The position numbers were made by a program, and so were the translations under genes. The notes below the pieces were generated by a model. It made no database searches. It worked only from the letters and a program-made list of their open reading frames with translations, and was not told the DNA's origin. Below are positions 1-8,883 of a DNA stretch of 50,066 nt, one piece after another; the first letter of the stretch is position 1; each line of letters opens with the position of its first letter. The DNA is taken from assembly GCA_964519155.1 (NCBI GenBank), contig CAZFKA010000001.1, positions 7,759-57,824 of the forward strand, read 5' to 3'. The stretch is from an uncultured Bifidobacterium sp. GTDB taxonomy: Bacteria > Bacteroidota > Bacteroidia > Chitinophagales > Chitinophagaceae.

Positions 1-475
1 CAATCAAACCCCCTTTGTTCTGACTTTTGCAAAACGGCTGTAGCTTTTTAATAGCCAGAAATTCTTCATAGCTCGCCTTTTTCTTCAACAAAAAATACCG
101 ATTTTCTTTTTCAAATTCGGTGCTCAGCACTTCTTTGTACGCGGTCCAGGGCATACCCTGAAATATTGCAGCGAGTTCATGCGAAAGCGGTTCGATGTAC
201 TTATGAAAAGTGTCTTTGGGAATGGCTTTAAAGTCGATACGCAGATCGAATTGCGGAATTGAGGTAGAGAGCAGGCTGCCGTCTTCGGAATAAATATTTC
301 CTCGTTCAGGCGAGATCGTATCGATCTTGGTATGCATGCTGTCAGCTTGTGCAAGCAATTCCTTTCCTTCTTTGAATTGTATTAATGCTCCTTTGTAAAG
401 GATCATCAATGCGAAGATGCACATGGCAATAAATGTGAGGTAAACACGATATCGGATGTCAGTACTAGTTTTCAT
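1..475 (-). CDS. ftsI: Penicillin-binding protein (FtsI-type transpeptidase), N-terminal part only; runs off the left edge
   Basis: Hand translation of the minus strand from ATG 475..473 gives MKTSTDIRYRVYLTFIAMCIFALMILYKGALIQFKEGKELLAQADSMHTKIDTISPERGNIYSEDGSLLSTSIPQFDLRIDFKAI... This is one TM helix followed by a PBP-dimerisation-like segment (ERGNIY..DG..L). It sits directly after mraZ-rsmH-ftsL. It is missing from the ORF track because it has no stop in the window. Its ATG overlaps the ftsL 3' end by 11 nt. Confidence 0.7.
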   Translation of the reverse strand, partial: MKTSTDIRYRVYLTFIAMCIFALMILYKGALIQFKEGKELLAQADSMHTKIDTISPERGNIYSEDGSLLSTSIPQFDLRIDFKAIPKDTFHKYIEPLSHELAAIFQGMPWTAYKEVLSTEFEKENRYFLLKKKASYEEFLAIKKLQPFCKSQNKGGLI

Positions 476-806
476 GCGGTGTATTTGAGGCGATACTGAT
501 CGCGATTTTATAAGGAGGCACTTTTGTCTTTTTTAATCCAAGGGAGCCAGCTTTTTGCTCGAGTTGGCTTTCTTTGGTGAGAAACATGATCTGTGTTTTT
601 TCATCCACGTATCTCCAGCGGAGTTCTTTCAATTGTTTTGCTGTTTTATTAATATCCCTGATCGTATTTTCGGCGTAGTGGTTGATAGAGATGTATATCA
701 GACTCAAAAAAGCGACATACAAAATCAGGGGGATATTGCTCACAATACCTTTTTGACCAACATTATTCAGTATCAGCTTCCAGTCGGGGATATGCAGCTT
801 TTTCAT
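465..806 (-). CDS. ftsL: FtsL-like bitopic cell-division protein
   Basis: 113-aa ORF between rsmH and the PBP gene. It has a single TM helix (IPLILYVAFLSLIYISI) followed by a charged helical segment. ATG at 806..804. The call is mainly positional. Confidence 0.6.
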   Translation of the reverse strand: MKKLHIPDWKLILNNVGQKGIVSNIPLILYVAFLSLIYISINHYAENTIRDINKTAKQLKELRWRYVDEKTQIMFLTKESQLEQKAGSLGLKKTKVPPYKIAISIASNTPHEN

Positions 807-887
807 GTTGTATATAATCGTTTTTTTTGTTTTTTGTTTTGTTGGTTCAGTCTTTGCACGCTTAAGGTGCTACGGTTGGTTTGTTGT

Positions 888-1796
888 TTATTTTTTTTCA
901 GCGACCCGAAGCTTGGCACTTCTTGCCCGTGGGTTTTGTTTGGTTTCCGCTTCGGTTGGCAGAATCGGCTTTTTGGTGAGTACTTTCAGCGTGGGTTTCT
1001 TTTGTCTCGGCGTCCATTCAAATTCACTTTCGTCGAAGGATTCTTTTTTCATCCAGTTTTTAACCAGGCGGTCTTCGAGAGAATGAAAAGTGATGATGGC
1101 CAGCCGGGCACCCGGGCTCATTGCTGAGGTAATGGTCTCGAGAAACATTTTCAGGGCACCGAGTTCATCATTTACTTCGATCCGAATCGCTTGAAAAACC
1201 TGCGCCAGATATTTGTTTGGATTGCCATAGCTACAAGTGCTGATAATTTGTTTAAACTCATTGATGGTCTGTATCGGATTGTGTGTTCGACTTTCAGCAA
1301 TGCGTCGGGCGAGCACTTTCGCGTTCGTCACTTCACCATATTGTTCAAAGAGCATTTGCAGTTTTGCCTCAGGGTATTGGTTCAGGATCTGCGCTGCCGT
1401 AACCGGATTGCGCGTATCCATCCGCATATCAAGTGCCGCATCAAAACGGGTGGAAAAGCCACGATCAGCGGTATCAAACTGCCAGGAACTGACCCCGAGG
1501 TCGGCCAATACACCATCAAGCGCATTGAGTTTGTACAGGCGTAGAAAACGTGATGCATACCTGAAATTCTCCGGAACAAAAATGATCCGGTCGTCGTCGG
1601 GTACATTTTTGCGTGCATCTGCATCCTGATCAAACACCATTAACTTTCCTTTGGGTCCGAGACCGGCCAAAATGGCGCGACTATGTCCACCTCCACCGAA
1701 AGTAGCATCCACATATACCCCGTCAGGCTGAATATTGAGTTGCTCGACACTTTCCTGTAAAAGAACTGCCTGATGATAAAATGCTGATTCCCCCAT
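888..1796 (-). CDS. rsmH: 16S rRNA (cytosine1402-N4)-methyltransferase RsmH/MraW
   Basis: 302 aa with the SAM-binding motif DATFGGGGHS and full-length RsmH-like layout. It starts 2 nt after the mraZ stop. Confidence 0.95.
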   Translation of the reverse strand: MGESAFYHQAVLLQESVEQLNIQPDGVYVDATFGGGGHSRAILAGLGPKGKLMVFDQDADARKNVPDDDRIIFVPENFRYASRFLRLYKLNALDGVLADLGVSSWQFDTADRGFSTRFDAALDMRMDTRNPVTAAQILNQYPEAKLQMLFEQYGEVTNAKVLARRIAESRTHNPIQTINEFKQIISTCSYGNPNKYLAQVFQAIRIEVNDELGALKMFLETITSAMSPGARLAIITFHSLEDRLVKNWMKKESFDESEFEWTPRQKKPTLKVLTKKPILPTEAETKQNPRARSAKLRVAEKK

Positions 1797-1798
1797 GA

Positions 1799-2269
1799 CT
1801 AATCTCCCTTAATCGGATTTAAGAAGTTGGCACCCAGTATTTTGCCAGTCAACATTTTTTTCCGTTCTGAATCAATCTTTTCAGCCGCTTCATAAGCTTT
1901 CGCATCCCAAATCACTGTGTAATCTGACATCCCCAGCATGATCACATCTTTTTCGAGACCCGCATGCGCTTTCATTCTGTTGGAGATCACGATACGCCCT
2001 GATGCATCCATTTCGATCGGAGAAGCGCCATTCATCATACTGAATTTCAATTCCATTGCCTCTTCGTTATAATCGTTCAAAGTATCCAGCTTCTCTTCTA
2101 CCTTTTTCCATTGTGAATTTGTATACAGCATTAAAAACGGTCCATTACCTTTTGTGAGCATAAACTCACTTTTTTCGTTTTCGGGCAACTTCTTTTTGAA
2201 CGACGCGGGAATCATGATCCGTCCTTTGGAATCAAGCGTTACTTCATATTCACCGTAGGTTCTTGTCAT
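1799..2269 (-). CDS. mraZ: Transcriptional regulator MraZ
   Basis: It has two halves, each with a KGR-type motif (LDSKGRIMIPASF and MDASGRIVISNRM). The track ORF starts at GTG 2299. I prefer ATG 2269 (MTRTYGEYEV...) because MraZ proteins start about 10 aa before the first KGR motif. GTG 2299 also lies inside the upstream repeat array. Confidence 0.9.
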   Translation of the reverse strand: MTRTYGEYEVTLDSKGRIMIPASFKKKLPENEKSEFMLTKGNGPFLMLYTNSQWKKVEEKLDTLNDYNEEAMELKFSMMNGASPIEMDASGRIVISNRMKAHAGLEKDVIMLGMSDYTVIWDAKAYEAAEKIDSERKKMLTGKILGANFLNPIKGD

Positions 2270-2295
2270 TTTAATGCGAAATGATACATTTTCTG

Positions 2296-2322
2296 ACACA
2301 AATCTACACTTTTTACCACATT
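2296..2322 (-). promoter_or_regulatory. Three direct 7-mers at 10-nt phasing; candidate MraZ operator
   Basis: The minus strand reads AATGTGG taa AAAGTGT aga TTTGTGT. The GTG cores are at 2319-2317, 2309-2307 and 2299-2297. The array lies 27-53 nt upstream of ATG 2269. Confidence 0.45.
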
Positions 2323-2524
2323 CGGTGTTAATTTTTGAAGAATTTTTTAAAAAGTAATTTATCCACAGGAGTCGGGGGTGCGGTCAGTCTGTAATACAGT
2401 ATAATCGCGCATTTCAAATACTGTATAATGCATTGAAAAGTGTTGATAAAATGTGAATTTCTATAAACATCCTGTTAACTCTTGTTAATTAGTCCTAAAT
2501 AGGTTGGCATAGAAGGTTCACAAA

Positions 2525-2532
2525 CAAAGATA
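2525..2532 (-). promoter_or_regulatory. Bacteroidota-type -7 box candidate (TATCTTTG) upstream of the dcw cluster
   Basis: The minus strand reads TATCTTTG, an exact TAnnTTTG match, just downstream of the POT terminator. It lies about 255 nt upstream of the mraZ ATG and has no good -33 TTTG, so the call is weak. Confidence 0.2.
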
Positions 2533-2565
2533 GCTTAAATTGACGATGTGGGTAAACCAAGCCAT

Positions 2566-2597
2566 AAAAAAAATCCCCATCCGTGGTAGATGGGGAT
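2566..2597 (-). terminator. Rho-independent terminator after the POT transporter gene
   Basis: A 9-bp perfect stem (atccccatc 2573-2581 paired with gatggggat 2589-2597) encloses a 7-nt loop. On the minus strand it is followed by a T8 run (A-run 2566-2573 on plus). It lies 21 nt downstream of the stop at 2618. Confidence 0.75.
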
Positions 2598-2617
2598 CAA
2601 TCAGTTCAACTGGATTT

Positions 2618-4309
2618 TTAGCGAATGCCGTGCATCATTTTTTTCAGCAAGGGCGTAAGCAAAAACAGAATTATGGCCGCAATGCCGGTTAAAACCACAA
2701 AAACCATAAAAAATTCGTACAAATTATGAATTTCCATTCCGACAAAAACCGGGTTAGAAGCTGCTATATTATTTTCTTCGAGTAACTTGAGTTGTTCAGG
2801 CGTTGCGGTGAGGGTTTTGTTCAGGAGAGCCTGCAGATCAATGCCAAGTTCCTGAGCCTTCTTAAATTTATCTCCGGTCGCCGGAATTAACGCACCGAGT
2901 GATCCGGCAAGGGCATAACCCGCAGCATTAGACAAAAAGAATACCCCAAAAAGCAATGAAGCAAAGCGCTTTGGTGACAATTTTCCGACCAGTGAAAGTC
3001 CAATCGGCGACAAACATAATTCAGCAAATGTTTGAATCAGATACAGCAAAATAAGCCATTTAATAGCCAGCAGACCGCTATTGCCCAGGTCTTTCACATT
3101 ATTTGCAATGATAAAATAACTTACGGCTATCAGTGCCAGTCCGATCGATTGCTTTACTGTAGATAACGGCTCTTTACCCTTTGCCCTGAGTTTGTCCCAC
3201 ATGATACTAAAAGGGAAGGCAAACGCAAAAACGAATACACCATTAAATATCTGTACCATAGAAGGCGGCATATCCCATCCGAAGAAATTACGGTCAGTCT
3301 GATTGTCTGCAATAAACGTGAGCGATGAACCGGCCTGCTCAAACGCGGCCCAAAAGAATATGATAAAGAATCCAACGATATAAATAACAAGGATACGTTG
3401 CAATTCCACTTTTGTAAGCGAACTGTCTGAAATGATAAGCCCAGCAAGCGTAAGACCCAAAGAATAAATGATAGGGTAAATGATGGTCTTCACCGGATTT
3501 GTTCCTGCCAGTAAATATCTGAATACAAAAAATAAAACGACAAAAGAAACTGCAGCAACAATCAAAGACATGGGAGAAAAAACAGCCTTTTGTGCTTCAC
3601 CTTCCTCATACATGGATGCATCGTTGTGTTTGGGCAATCCACCCAATGCTTTGCCTTCAGGGGTTACAACATATTTATTTTTCAAAGCATAAAATACCAT
3701 CGTTCCCAGTATCATGGCAATAGATGCTGCTAAAAAGCCCCATTTAAACGCATGCACATCTCTGATACCCCCGACATCTTTTACATCCCCAACTAAAGGG
3801 CAGATGAGCTGTCCGAGAAACGCACCAAGATTGATGCCCATGTAAAATATTGTAAAAGCTGTATCCAATTTGCTTTTCTCTTGTTTGGGGTATAAGCTAC
3901 CGACCATACTGGAAATATTAGGCTTAAAAAAACCGTTTCCGAAGATGATGATCGTCAAGGCTGTCCACATCAGTGTATTGGCAAGTCCCAAATTATTGCT
4001 GAAGACGCTCGCGCTAAAAAACAAACACAACTGACCAATTGCCATCATCAGTCCACCGAGCAAAATACAGTTTCGGTTGCCAAAAAAACGATCTGAGATA
4101 AATCCGCCCAACATAGGTGTGAGGTAACATAACCCGAGAAAGCCTCCATAGATCAAGGAAGCATCTGCTTCTTTCATCATTAAGGCGTTAACCATAAATA
4201 AGGTGAGTATGGCCCGCATGCCATAAAAATTAAAGCGTTCCCACATTTCAGTGCCAAACAAAACCCATAGCCCCTTGGGGTGGCCCTTTTTTACTTCCGT
4301 ATTTTCCAT
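2618..4309 (-). CDS. Proton-dependent oligopeptide transporter (POT/PTR2 family)
   Basis: 563 aa and polytopic. It carries the PTR2 signatures ERFNFYGMRAIL and FGNGFFKPNISSMVG. Confidence 0.9.
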   Translation of the reverse strand: MENTEVKKGHPKGLWVLFGTEMWERFNFYGMRAILTLFMVNALMMKEADASLIYGGFLGLCYLTPMLGGFISDRFFGNRNCILLGGLMMAIGQLCLFFSASVFSNNLGLANTLMWTALTIIIFGNGFFKPNISSMVGSLYPKQEKSKLDTAFTIFYMGINLGAFLGQLICPLVGDVKDVGGIRDVHAFKWGFLAASIAMILGTMVFYALKNKYVVTPEGKALGGLPKHNDASMYEEGEAQKAVFSPMSLIVAAVSFVVLFFVFRYLLAGTNPVKTIIYPIIYSLGLTLAGLIISDSSLTKVELQRILVIYIVGFFIIFFWAAFEQAGSSLTFIADNQTDRNFFGWDMPPSMVQIFNGVFVFAFAFPFSIMWDKLRAKGKEPLSTVKQSIGLALIAVSYFIIANNVKDLGNSGLLAIKWLILLYLIQTFAELCLSPIGLSLVGKLSPKRFASLLFGVFFLSNAAGYALAGSLGALIPATGDKFKKAQELGIDLQALLNKTLTATPEQLKLLEENNIAASNPVFVGMEIHNLYEFFMVFVVLTGIAAIILFLLTPLLKKMMHGIR

Positions 4310-4436
4310 AATTTATTTTTAATCCACCAAAGTAGTGTTTTTTTTCGAATACAAAAATTATTGCCGATTTTTAAATCAGAAAAAGGCGGACGAACATAAG
4401 GCTGAATGAATTAATTTCGCAGCTTAAATCATTCGC

Positions 4437-5087
4437 ATGACTATTCATAAAGAAGGGCATATGTATTGTGTGGTGGCTACTGCCCTGTATGCCTTACTCA
4501 TCTGGCTGAGCCAATCTTTTTTACCGCCCTTGCTGACCTGGCCACTGATCGTCATCGGCGGACTACTATGGTTCTGGGTCTTTTGGTTTTTTCGTATTCC
4601 GACACGCCAATTTACCCGGAGAGAGCAATTGTTGGTATCCCCTTGCGATGGCAAAGTAGTGGTGATAGAGGAAACACGCGAGGATGAGTATTTTAAAGAT
4701 CAACGAATTCAGGTTTCTATCTTCATGTCGCCGCTCAATGTCCATGTAAACCGTTACCCGATGAGTGGTATCGTACAATATGCCAAACACCATGCCGGCA
4801 AATATCTGGTAGCCTGGCATCCCAAATCGAGTACTGAAAACGAAAGAACAACAATTGTAGTTAAAAATCACCGCGCGGAAATACTTGTACGGCAAATTGC
4901 CGGAGCGGTTGCCCGCAGAATTGTGATGTATGCAAAACAGGGTGATCAGGCTGAACAAAATGCTGAACTCGGCTTTATCAAATTCGGCTCACGTGTCGAT
5001 CTGTTTTTGCCCCCCGGCACACAGATCAATGCGAAAATCGGAGATGTAGTCAAAGGGGGTATCGATGTGATAGCCACCCTGAACTGA
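4437..5087 (+). CDS. psd: Phosphatidylserine decarboxylase proenzyme (short form)
   Basis: 216 aa with N-terminal TM helices and a PSD-like core. The C-terminal KFGSRVD resembles the G-S self-cleavage site. Confidence 0.85.
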   Translation: MTIHKEGHMYCVVATALYALLIWLSQSFLPPLLTWPLIVIGGLLWFWVFWFFRIPTRQFTRREQLLVSPCDGKVVVIEETREDEYFKDQRIQVSIFMSPLNVHVNRYPMSGIVQYAKHHAGKYLVAWHPKSSTENERTTIVVKNHRAEILVRQIAGAVARRIVMYAKQGDQAEQNAELGFIKFGSRVDLFLPPGTQINAKIGDVVKGGIDVIATLN

Positions 5088-5105
5088 TACAAAAAATGCT
5101 ATGTT

Positions 5106-5585
5106 ATGCAACAAGATACGCCCTTATCACAATCATCCTGTCAATTTACCGACCATGAAACCGTATCGCGGCTCAAAAACAAACGCCTATTGGGCTTGTT
5201 TGTCAACGAACTCGTATTTCATTATACCCGTCGCGAAAATATTCTGCAATACGTTTTTGTAAACGACCTGTTTTTACATGATATGAATTTGCGATATCTG
5301 CAACATGATACTTATACAGATATTATCACCTTCGATCTCAGCGATCCCTCTCGCGCATGTATTGATGCTGAGATCTATATCAGTACCGATCGGGTGAAAG
5401 AAAATGCGGAACAAGAGAAAGTCAAGTACTTGCATGAACTCTATCGCGTAATCATTCATGGTGCGTTGCACTTAAGCGGATTTGCCGATAAAACCAAAGC
5501 GGAGCGTGAAAAAATGAGAGCCCTGGAAAACGAATGGATCGAAAAATATTTAACACTGCAGAATGAAATACGCAAAATAAATTAA
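5106..5585 (+). CDS. ybeY: rRNA maturation endoribonuclease YbeY
   Basis: 159 aa with the metal-site motif IIHGALHLSGFADK (an H-x3-H-x5-D variant) near the C-terminus. Confidence 0.85.
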   Translation: MQQDTPLSQSSCQFTDHETVSRLKNKRLLGLFVNELVFHYTRRENILQYVFVNDLFLHDMNLRYLQHDTYTDIITFDLSDPSRACIDAEIYISTDRVKENAEQEKVKYLHELYRVIIHGALHLSGFADKTKAEREKMRALENEWIEKYLTLQNEIRKIN

Positions 5586-5711
5586 TGTACTTTAGCCCCC
5601 TCAGCCGACCGTACACCTGTGTGCAAAACACGACAAGCCCGAATAGGAAGACGATAGTATTTGGCCACAGAAAAAGGTAAGATCGGAACTGTGTAATAAA
5701 TATCTGCATAA

Positions 5712-6794
5712 ATGAGTATCAGAAATAATTATGTGGCCATTATGGCCGGAGGTATTGGTAGCCGGTTTTGGCCGGAAAGCCGTAACGATCATCCAAAACA
5801 ATTTCTCGACATTCTGGGCACCGGCAAATCGTTGATACAATGGACCTACGAACGCTTCAAAAATATTTGTCCCAAAGAGAATATTTTTATTATCACCAAC
5901 GAGCATTATATCCCGACCCTCAAATCACAGATCCCGGAAATTACCGATCAAAACATTTTGAGCGAGCCGTCACGAAAAAATACAGCCCCCTGTGCAGCCT
6001 ATATTGCCCATAAATTGCTTGCGTTGAATCCGGATGCCAATATTATTATGAGTCCTGCCGACCATCTAATCTTCGACGAGAGAAAGTTTGAGCGGGATAT
6101 TATCAATTCACTCGACTTTGTGAGCAAAAACGAAGTGTTGGTAACCCTGGGTATTAAGCCAACACGGCCCGATACCGGCTATGGCTATATACAATACGAT
6201 ACCGGTAAAAATATCGACAGTTTTTACCAGGTGAAAACCTTTACGGAAAAACCCTCGCATGAATTGGCGGAAACTTTTGTGCGAAGCGGTGACTTTCTGT
6301 GGAATGCAGGCATATTTGTTTGGAACGTCAATACCATTATTCGCGAACTAAACCTTTATCTGCCTGAAATGAATGAAGTGTTTCAACAGGTGAAATCGTA
6401 TAACCAAGCGGGTGAATATGCCGATATCGAAAAAGTGTATTCACAGTGCACCAATATTTCGATTGATTATGGCATCATGGAAAAAGCAAAAAAAGTGTAT
6501 GTGATCCCTTCCTACTTTGGCTGGTGCGATTTGGGTACCTGGAACAGTGCTTACGACAATTCTGCCAAAGACTATTTGGGGAATGCCGTTTATGGTAAAA
6601 ATGTCATGATTATAGATGCTTCACAATGTATGGTGAAAGCCCCTGAAAATAAACTGATGGTGTTGCAGGGACTTGAAAATTTTATCGTGATCGATACCGA
6701 TGATGTATTGCTGATTTGCGAAAGAAACCGCGAACAACAGATCAAAGATTATGTAGCTGAAGTTCGGAGAAATAAGGGAGATAAGTTTTTATAA
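5712..6794 (+). CDS. Mannose-1-phosphate guanylyltransferase-like nucleotidyltransferase
   Basis: 360 aa with the N-terminal nucleotide-binding loop AGGIGSRFWP and overall sugar-1-phosphate nucleotidyltransferase layout. Confidence 0.8.
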   Translation: MSIRNNYVAIMAGGIGSRFWPESRNDHPKQFLDILGTGKSLIQWTYERFKNICPKENIFIITNEHYIPTLKSQIPEITDQNILSEPSRKNTAPCAAYIAHKLLALNPDANIIMSPADHLIFDERKFERDIINSLDFVSKNEVLVTLGIKPTRPDTGYGYIQYDTGKNIDSFYQVKTFTEKPSHELAETFVRSGDFLWNAGIFVWNVNTIIRELNLYLPEMNEVFQQVKSYNQAGEYADIEKVYSQCTNISIDYGIMEKAKKVYVIPSYFGWCDLGTWNSAYDNSAKDYLGNAVYGKNVMIIDASQCMVKAPENKLMVLQGLENFIVIDTDDVLLICERNREQQIKDYVAEVRRNKGDKFL

Positions 6795-6797
6795 TTT

Positions 6798-7508
6798 ATG
6801 AGACAAAAATCCGTTATGTCTGCAATGAATAGCCGCTCGCTTATCTCCGTTCTGTTGATACTTTTTTCATGGAAGACATACGCTCAACCAACCCATGGGG
6901 TTACTTTTCAGTTGGGCTTGATCAATAACCTTTATAAATCAGCAATACCCAATATCAAAGGCACTACCACCCACTTTCTGCCTTCGTATGCCTTTGAATA
7001 TGGAAAATACAGTGAGAACCTATTTTGGGGCGGATGCGGAATTGGACTGAGTGTACGCAACATTCCTTTTTACCGCTACAGCAATGGCAATACCATTGGG
7101 GTGCAAACACCTGAATTCTGGCTAAAATTTAAAACGGGATTTCATATCCACAATGAGTTTATGACCCATTTGCCGTTTATCGCTCTTGGCATTGGTAAAT
7201 ACGGTCAAACCGAACCTTTTTATAAAAACCAAAATGGCATTTCATACAGCAATATCGGTAACTATAAAAACTTTAATCTGCAGGAAGTATTGCCCTTTAT
7301 GGAGTTAGGCACTACGCTGATCAATTCAACATTTACAGAGAGCAAACGTAGCATTTTTGTCACCTTCAGTTTTCGCTACTACCCCCTGCCGGTGTTTAAA
7401 TCCAATACCCTGATTGAATACGAACCCGGTGAAAACGTAACGATACAGTACCACCTGATCGAATTTAATATTATTGCGGGTATTCAGAAAAATCTGCGAA
7501 AAAACTAG
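6798..7508 (+). CDS. Hypothetical secreted or outer-membrane protein
   Basis: 236 aa with a signal peptide (SLISVLLILFSWKTYAQ). Its aromatic/Gly-rich alternating pattern is compatible with a small beta-barrel. It starts 4 nt after the previous stop. No family recognised. Confidence 0.5.
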   Translation: MRQKSVMSAMNSRSLISVLLILFSWKTYAQPTHGVTFQLGLINNLYKSAIPNIKGTTTHFLPSYAFEYGKYSENLFWGGCGIGLSVRNIPFYRYSNGNTIGVQTPEFWLKFKTGFHIHNEFMTHLPFIALGIGKYGQTEPFYKNQNGISYSNIGNYKNFNLQEVLPFMELGTTLINSTFTESKRSIFVTFSFRYYPLPVFKSNTLIEYEPGENVTIQYHLIEFNIIAGIQKNLRKN

Positions 7509-7528
7509 GAGACCTCGCTGCTCCCCTT

Positions 7529-7930
7529 TTACTGGCCGTTGTATTTCTTACGTAAACTCTTGATTTCTGCGCGTTTCTTTTTTCCCAGCAGACGCTTTTC
7601 TTTGATGGCATGCGGCACTTTAGTTGGTTTACGTTGCTTCTTTTCTATAAGTGCTTCTGCAATGATGTTTTCCAATTTGGTGTAGGCTTTTTCACGATTG
7701 GCCCATTGGGTTCTGTCTTCATCACACTTTACAATCAATAGACTATCTTTATTGAGTCTATTCGCCAGATTTATTTTCAGCCGTTCTTTTTCAGCGTCGC
7801 TAAATACCTTGCTGCTCATCAGATCCCAGCGGAGTTCCACGCGTGTTTCAACCTTATTGACATTTTGCCCGCCTTTGCCGCCGCTTCGTGACGTTCGCAT
7901 TTCCGCTTCGTTTCTGATTTCGAAATTCAT
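7529..7930 (-). CDS. arfB: Alternative ribosome-rescue factor ArfB (peptidyl-tRNA hydrolase, RF-1 domain)
   Basis: 133 aa with the GGQ motif in SGGKGGQNVNKVETRV and a basic C-terminal tail (KKKRAEIKSLRKK). Confidence 0.85.
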   Translation of the reverse strand: MNFEIRNEAEMRTSRSGGKGGQNVNKVETRVELRWDLMSSKVFSDAEKERLKINLANRLNKDSLLIVKCDEDRTQWANREKAYTKLENIIAEALIEKKQRKPTKVPHAIKEKRLLGKKKRAEIKSLRKKYNGQ

Positions 7931-7977
7931 ATTTAAGTCTTACTTTGTGCTGATAAAAAATGTAAATGTAAGGAAAC

Positions 7978-8430
7978 ATGCGTGCTGTAATTCAAAGAGT
8001 CAGTGAAGCAAAGGTAACGATCGAAGGGGTTGTATCCGGTTCAATCGAAAAAGGACTATTGGTATTACTTGGGATAGACATCCACGATGGGGAGCAGGAT
8101 ATACAATGGCTGAGTGCAAAAATCGCTCAGATGCGCATTTTCAATGATCATGACGGTTTGATGAATTTAGCGTTGAAAGATGTTGGGGGTGAAATTTTAC
8201 TGATCAGTCAGTTTACATTGTTTGCGTCGTGTAAGAAAGGAAACCGGCCTTCGTTCCTACAATCGGCCAAACCGGATATCGCCGTTCCGCTTTATGAAAA
8301 AATGATCAAACAACTGACGATTGATACCGGCACAATAATTCAAACCGGAAAGTTCGGGGCTGATATGCAAGTGAGTTTGTGCAACGACGGACCGGTAACC
8401 ATTATCATAGACAGTAAAAATAAAGAATAG
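7978..8430 (+). CDS. dtd: D-aminoacyl-tRNA deacylase
   Basis: 150 aa. It starts MRAVIQRV and has the SQFTL and NDGPVT motifs. Confidence 0.95.
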   Translation: MRAVIQRVSEAKVTIEGVVSGSIEKGLLVLLGIDIHDGEQDIQWLSAKIAQMRIFNDHDGLMNLALKDVGGEILLISQFTLFASCKKGNRPSFLQSAKPDIAVPLYEKMIKQLTIDTGTIIQTGKFGADMQVSLCNDGPVTIIIDSKNKE

Positions 8431-8432
8431 CT

Positions 8433-8759
8433 ATGCAACTTAGTGAATTACAAACAAGTGTTGATACTTGGATCAAAACCCATGGCGTAAAATATTTTGC
8501 GCCACTGACCAACCTGGGTATTTTGATGGAAGAGGTAGGTGAGGTTTCCCGTATCATGGTAAGAGAATATGGTGAACAAAGCAAAAAGGATAGTGACAAA
8601 AATAAGTTCCTGGCCGATGAGCTCGCTGATGTATTGTGGGTATTGACCGCTATAGCCAATCAATGTGATATCGATCTGGAAAAGGCCATGCGGGATAACA
8701 TCGAAAAGAAAACGCAGCGGGATGCTGACCGACACCTGCAGAATGAAAAACTACGCTGA
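8433..8759 (+). CDS. MazG-like nucleotide pyrophosphohydrolase domain protein
   Basis: 108 aa with an E-x2-E/E-x2-D helical pattern (LMEEVGEVSR ... ADELADVLW). It starts 3 nt after the dtd stop. Confidence 0.8.
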   Translation: MQLSELQTSVDTWIKTHGVKYFAPLTNLGILMEEVGEVSRIMVREYGEQSKKDSDKNKFLADELADVLWVLTAIANQCDIDLEKAMRDNIEKKTQRDADRHLQNEKLR

Positions 8760-8862
8760 GTAATATTCCTGCATTCTAGCGGGGAGCAAGCAAACTCGGC
8801 ATTCATATGTTGCTAAAGATAAAACTCGTAAAAAAATCCGTAACTGAAAGAACCGCTGTAGA

Positions 8863-8870
8863 TACATTTG
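8863..8870 (+). promoter_or_regulatory. -7 box candidate (TACATTTG)
   Basis: Exact TAnnTTTG match 14 nt upstream of ATG 8884. No clear -33 TTTG. Confidence 0.3.
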
Positions 8871-8883
8871 TTAGACGACCAAC

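Noticed and set aside
124-1127. ORFs 124-354(-), 555-1127(+) and 805-1086(+) in the dcw region.
   Set aside because: ORF 124-354 is out of frame within the hand-translated ftsI 5' region. The plus-strand ORFs are antisense to ftsL and rsmH and encode Phe/Cys-rich nonsense.
2270-2299. N-terminal extensions in the ORF track that begin at non-ATG or distal codons. They are mraZ GTG 2299, 9970 TTG, 11329 TTG, 24619 TTG, 32653 GTG, 22194 and 26493.
   Set aside because: In each case an in-frame ATG a few codons downstream gives a canonical N-terminus (a family-typical start or a clean signal peptide). The extension adds atypical residues or overlaps regulatory or poly-A sequence. Starts remain unverified.
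2561-2573. The 13-nt string gccataaaaaaaa is shared by the two best terminators (2561-2573 and 36634-36646).
   Set aside because: Most of the match is the T-run that any intrinsic terminator needs. Only five extra bases (gccat) are shared, which is compatible with chance. The hairpins themselves are unrelated.
5440-5500. YbeY appears to have Asp instead of the third metal-binding His (HGALHLSGFAD).
   Set aside because: As far as I recall the H-x3-H-x5-D variant is the normal form in Bacteroidota YbeY, so it is probably lineage-typical rather than a defect. This was not checked against an alignment.
7978-8759. The tightly coupled dtd and small MazG pair as a possible toxin-antitoxin-like module.
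   Set aside because: Both are ordinary housekeeping enzyme families (D-aminoacyl-tRNA deacylase and an NTP pyrophosphohydrolase domain). Neither has a toxin or antitoxin fold or size pattern.
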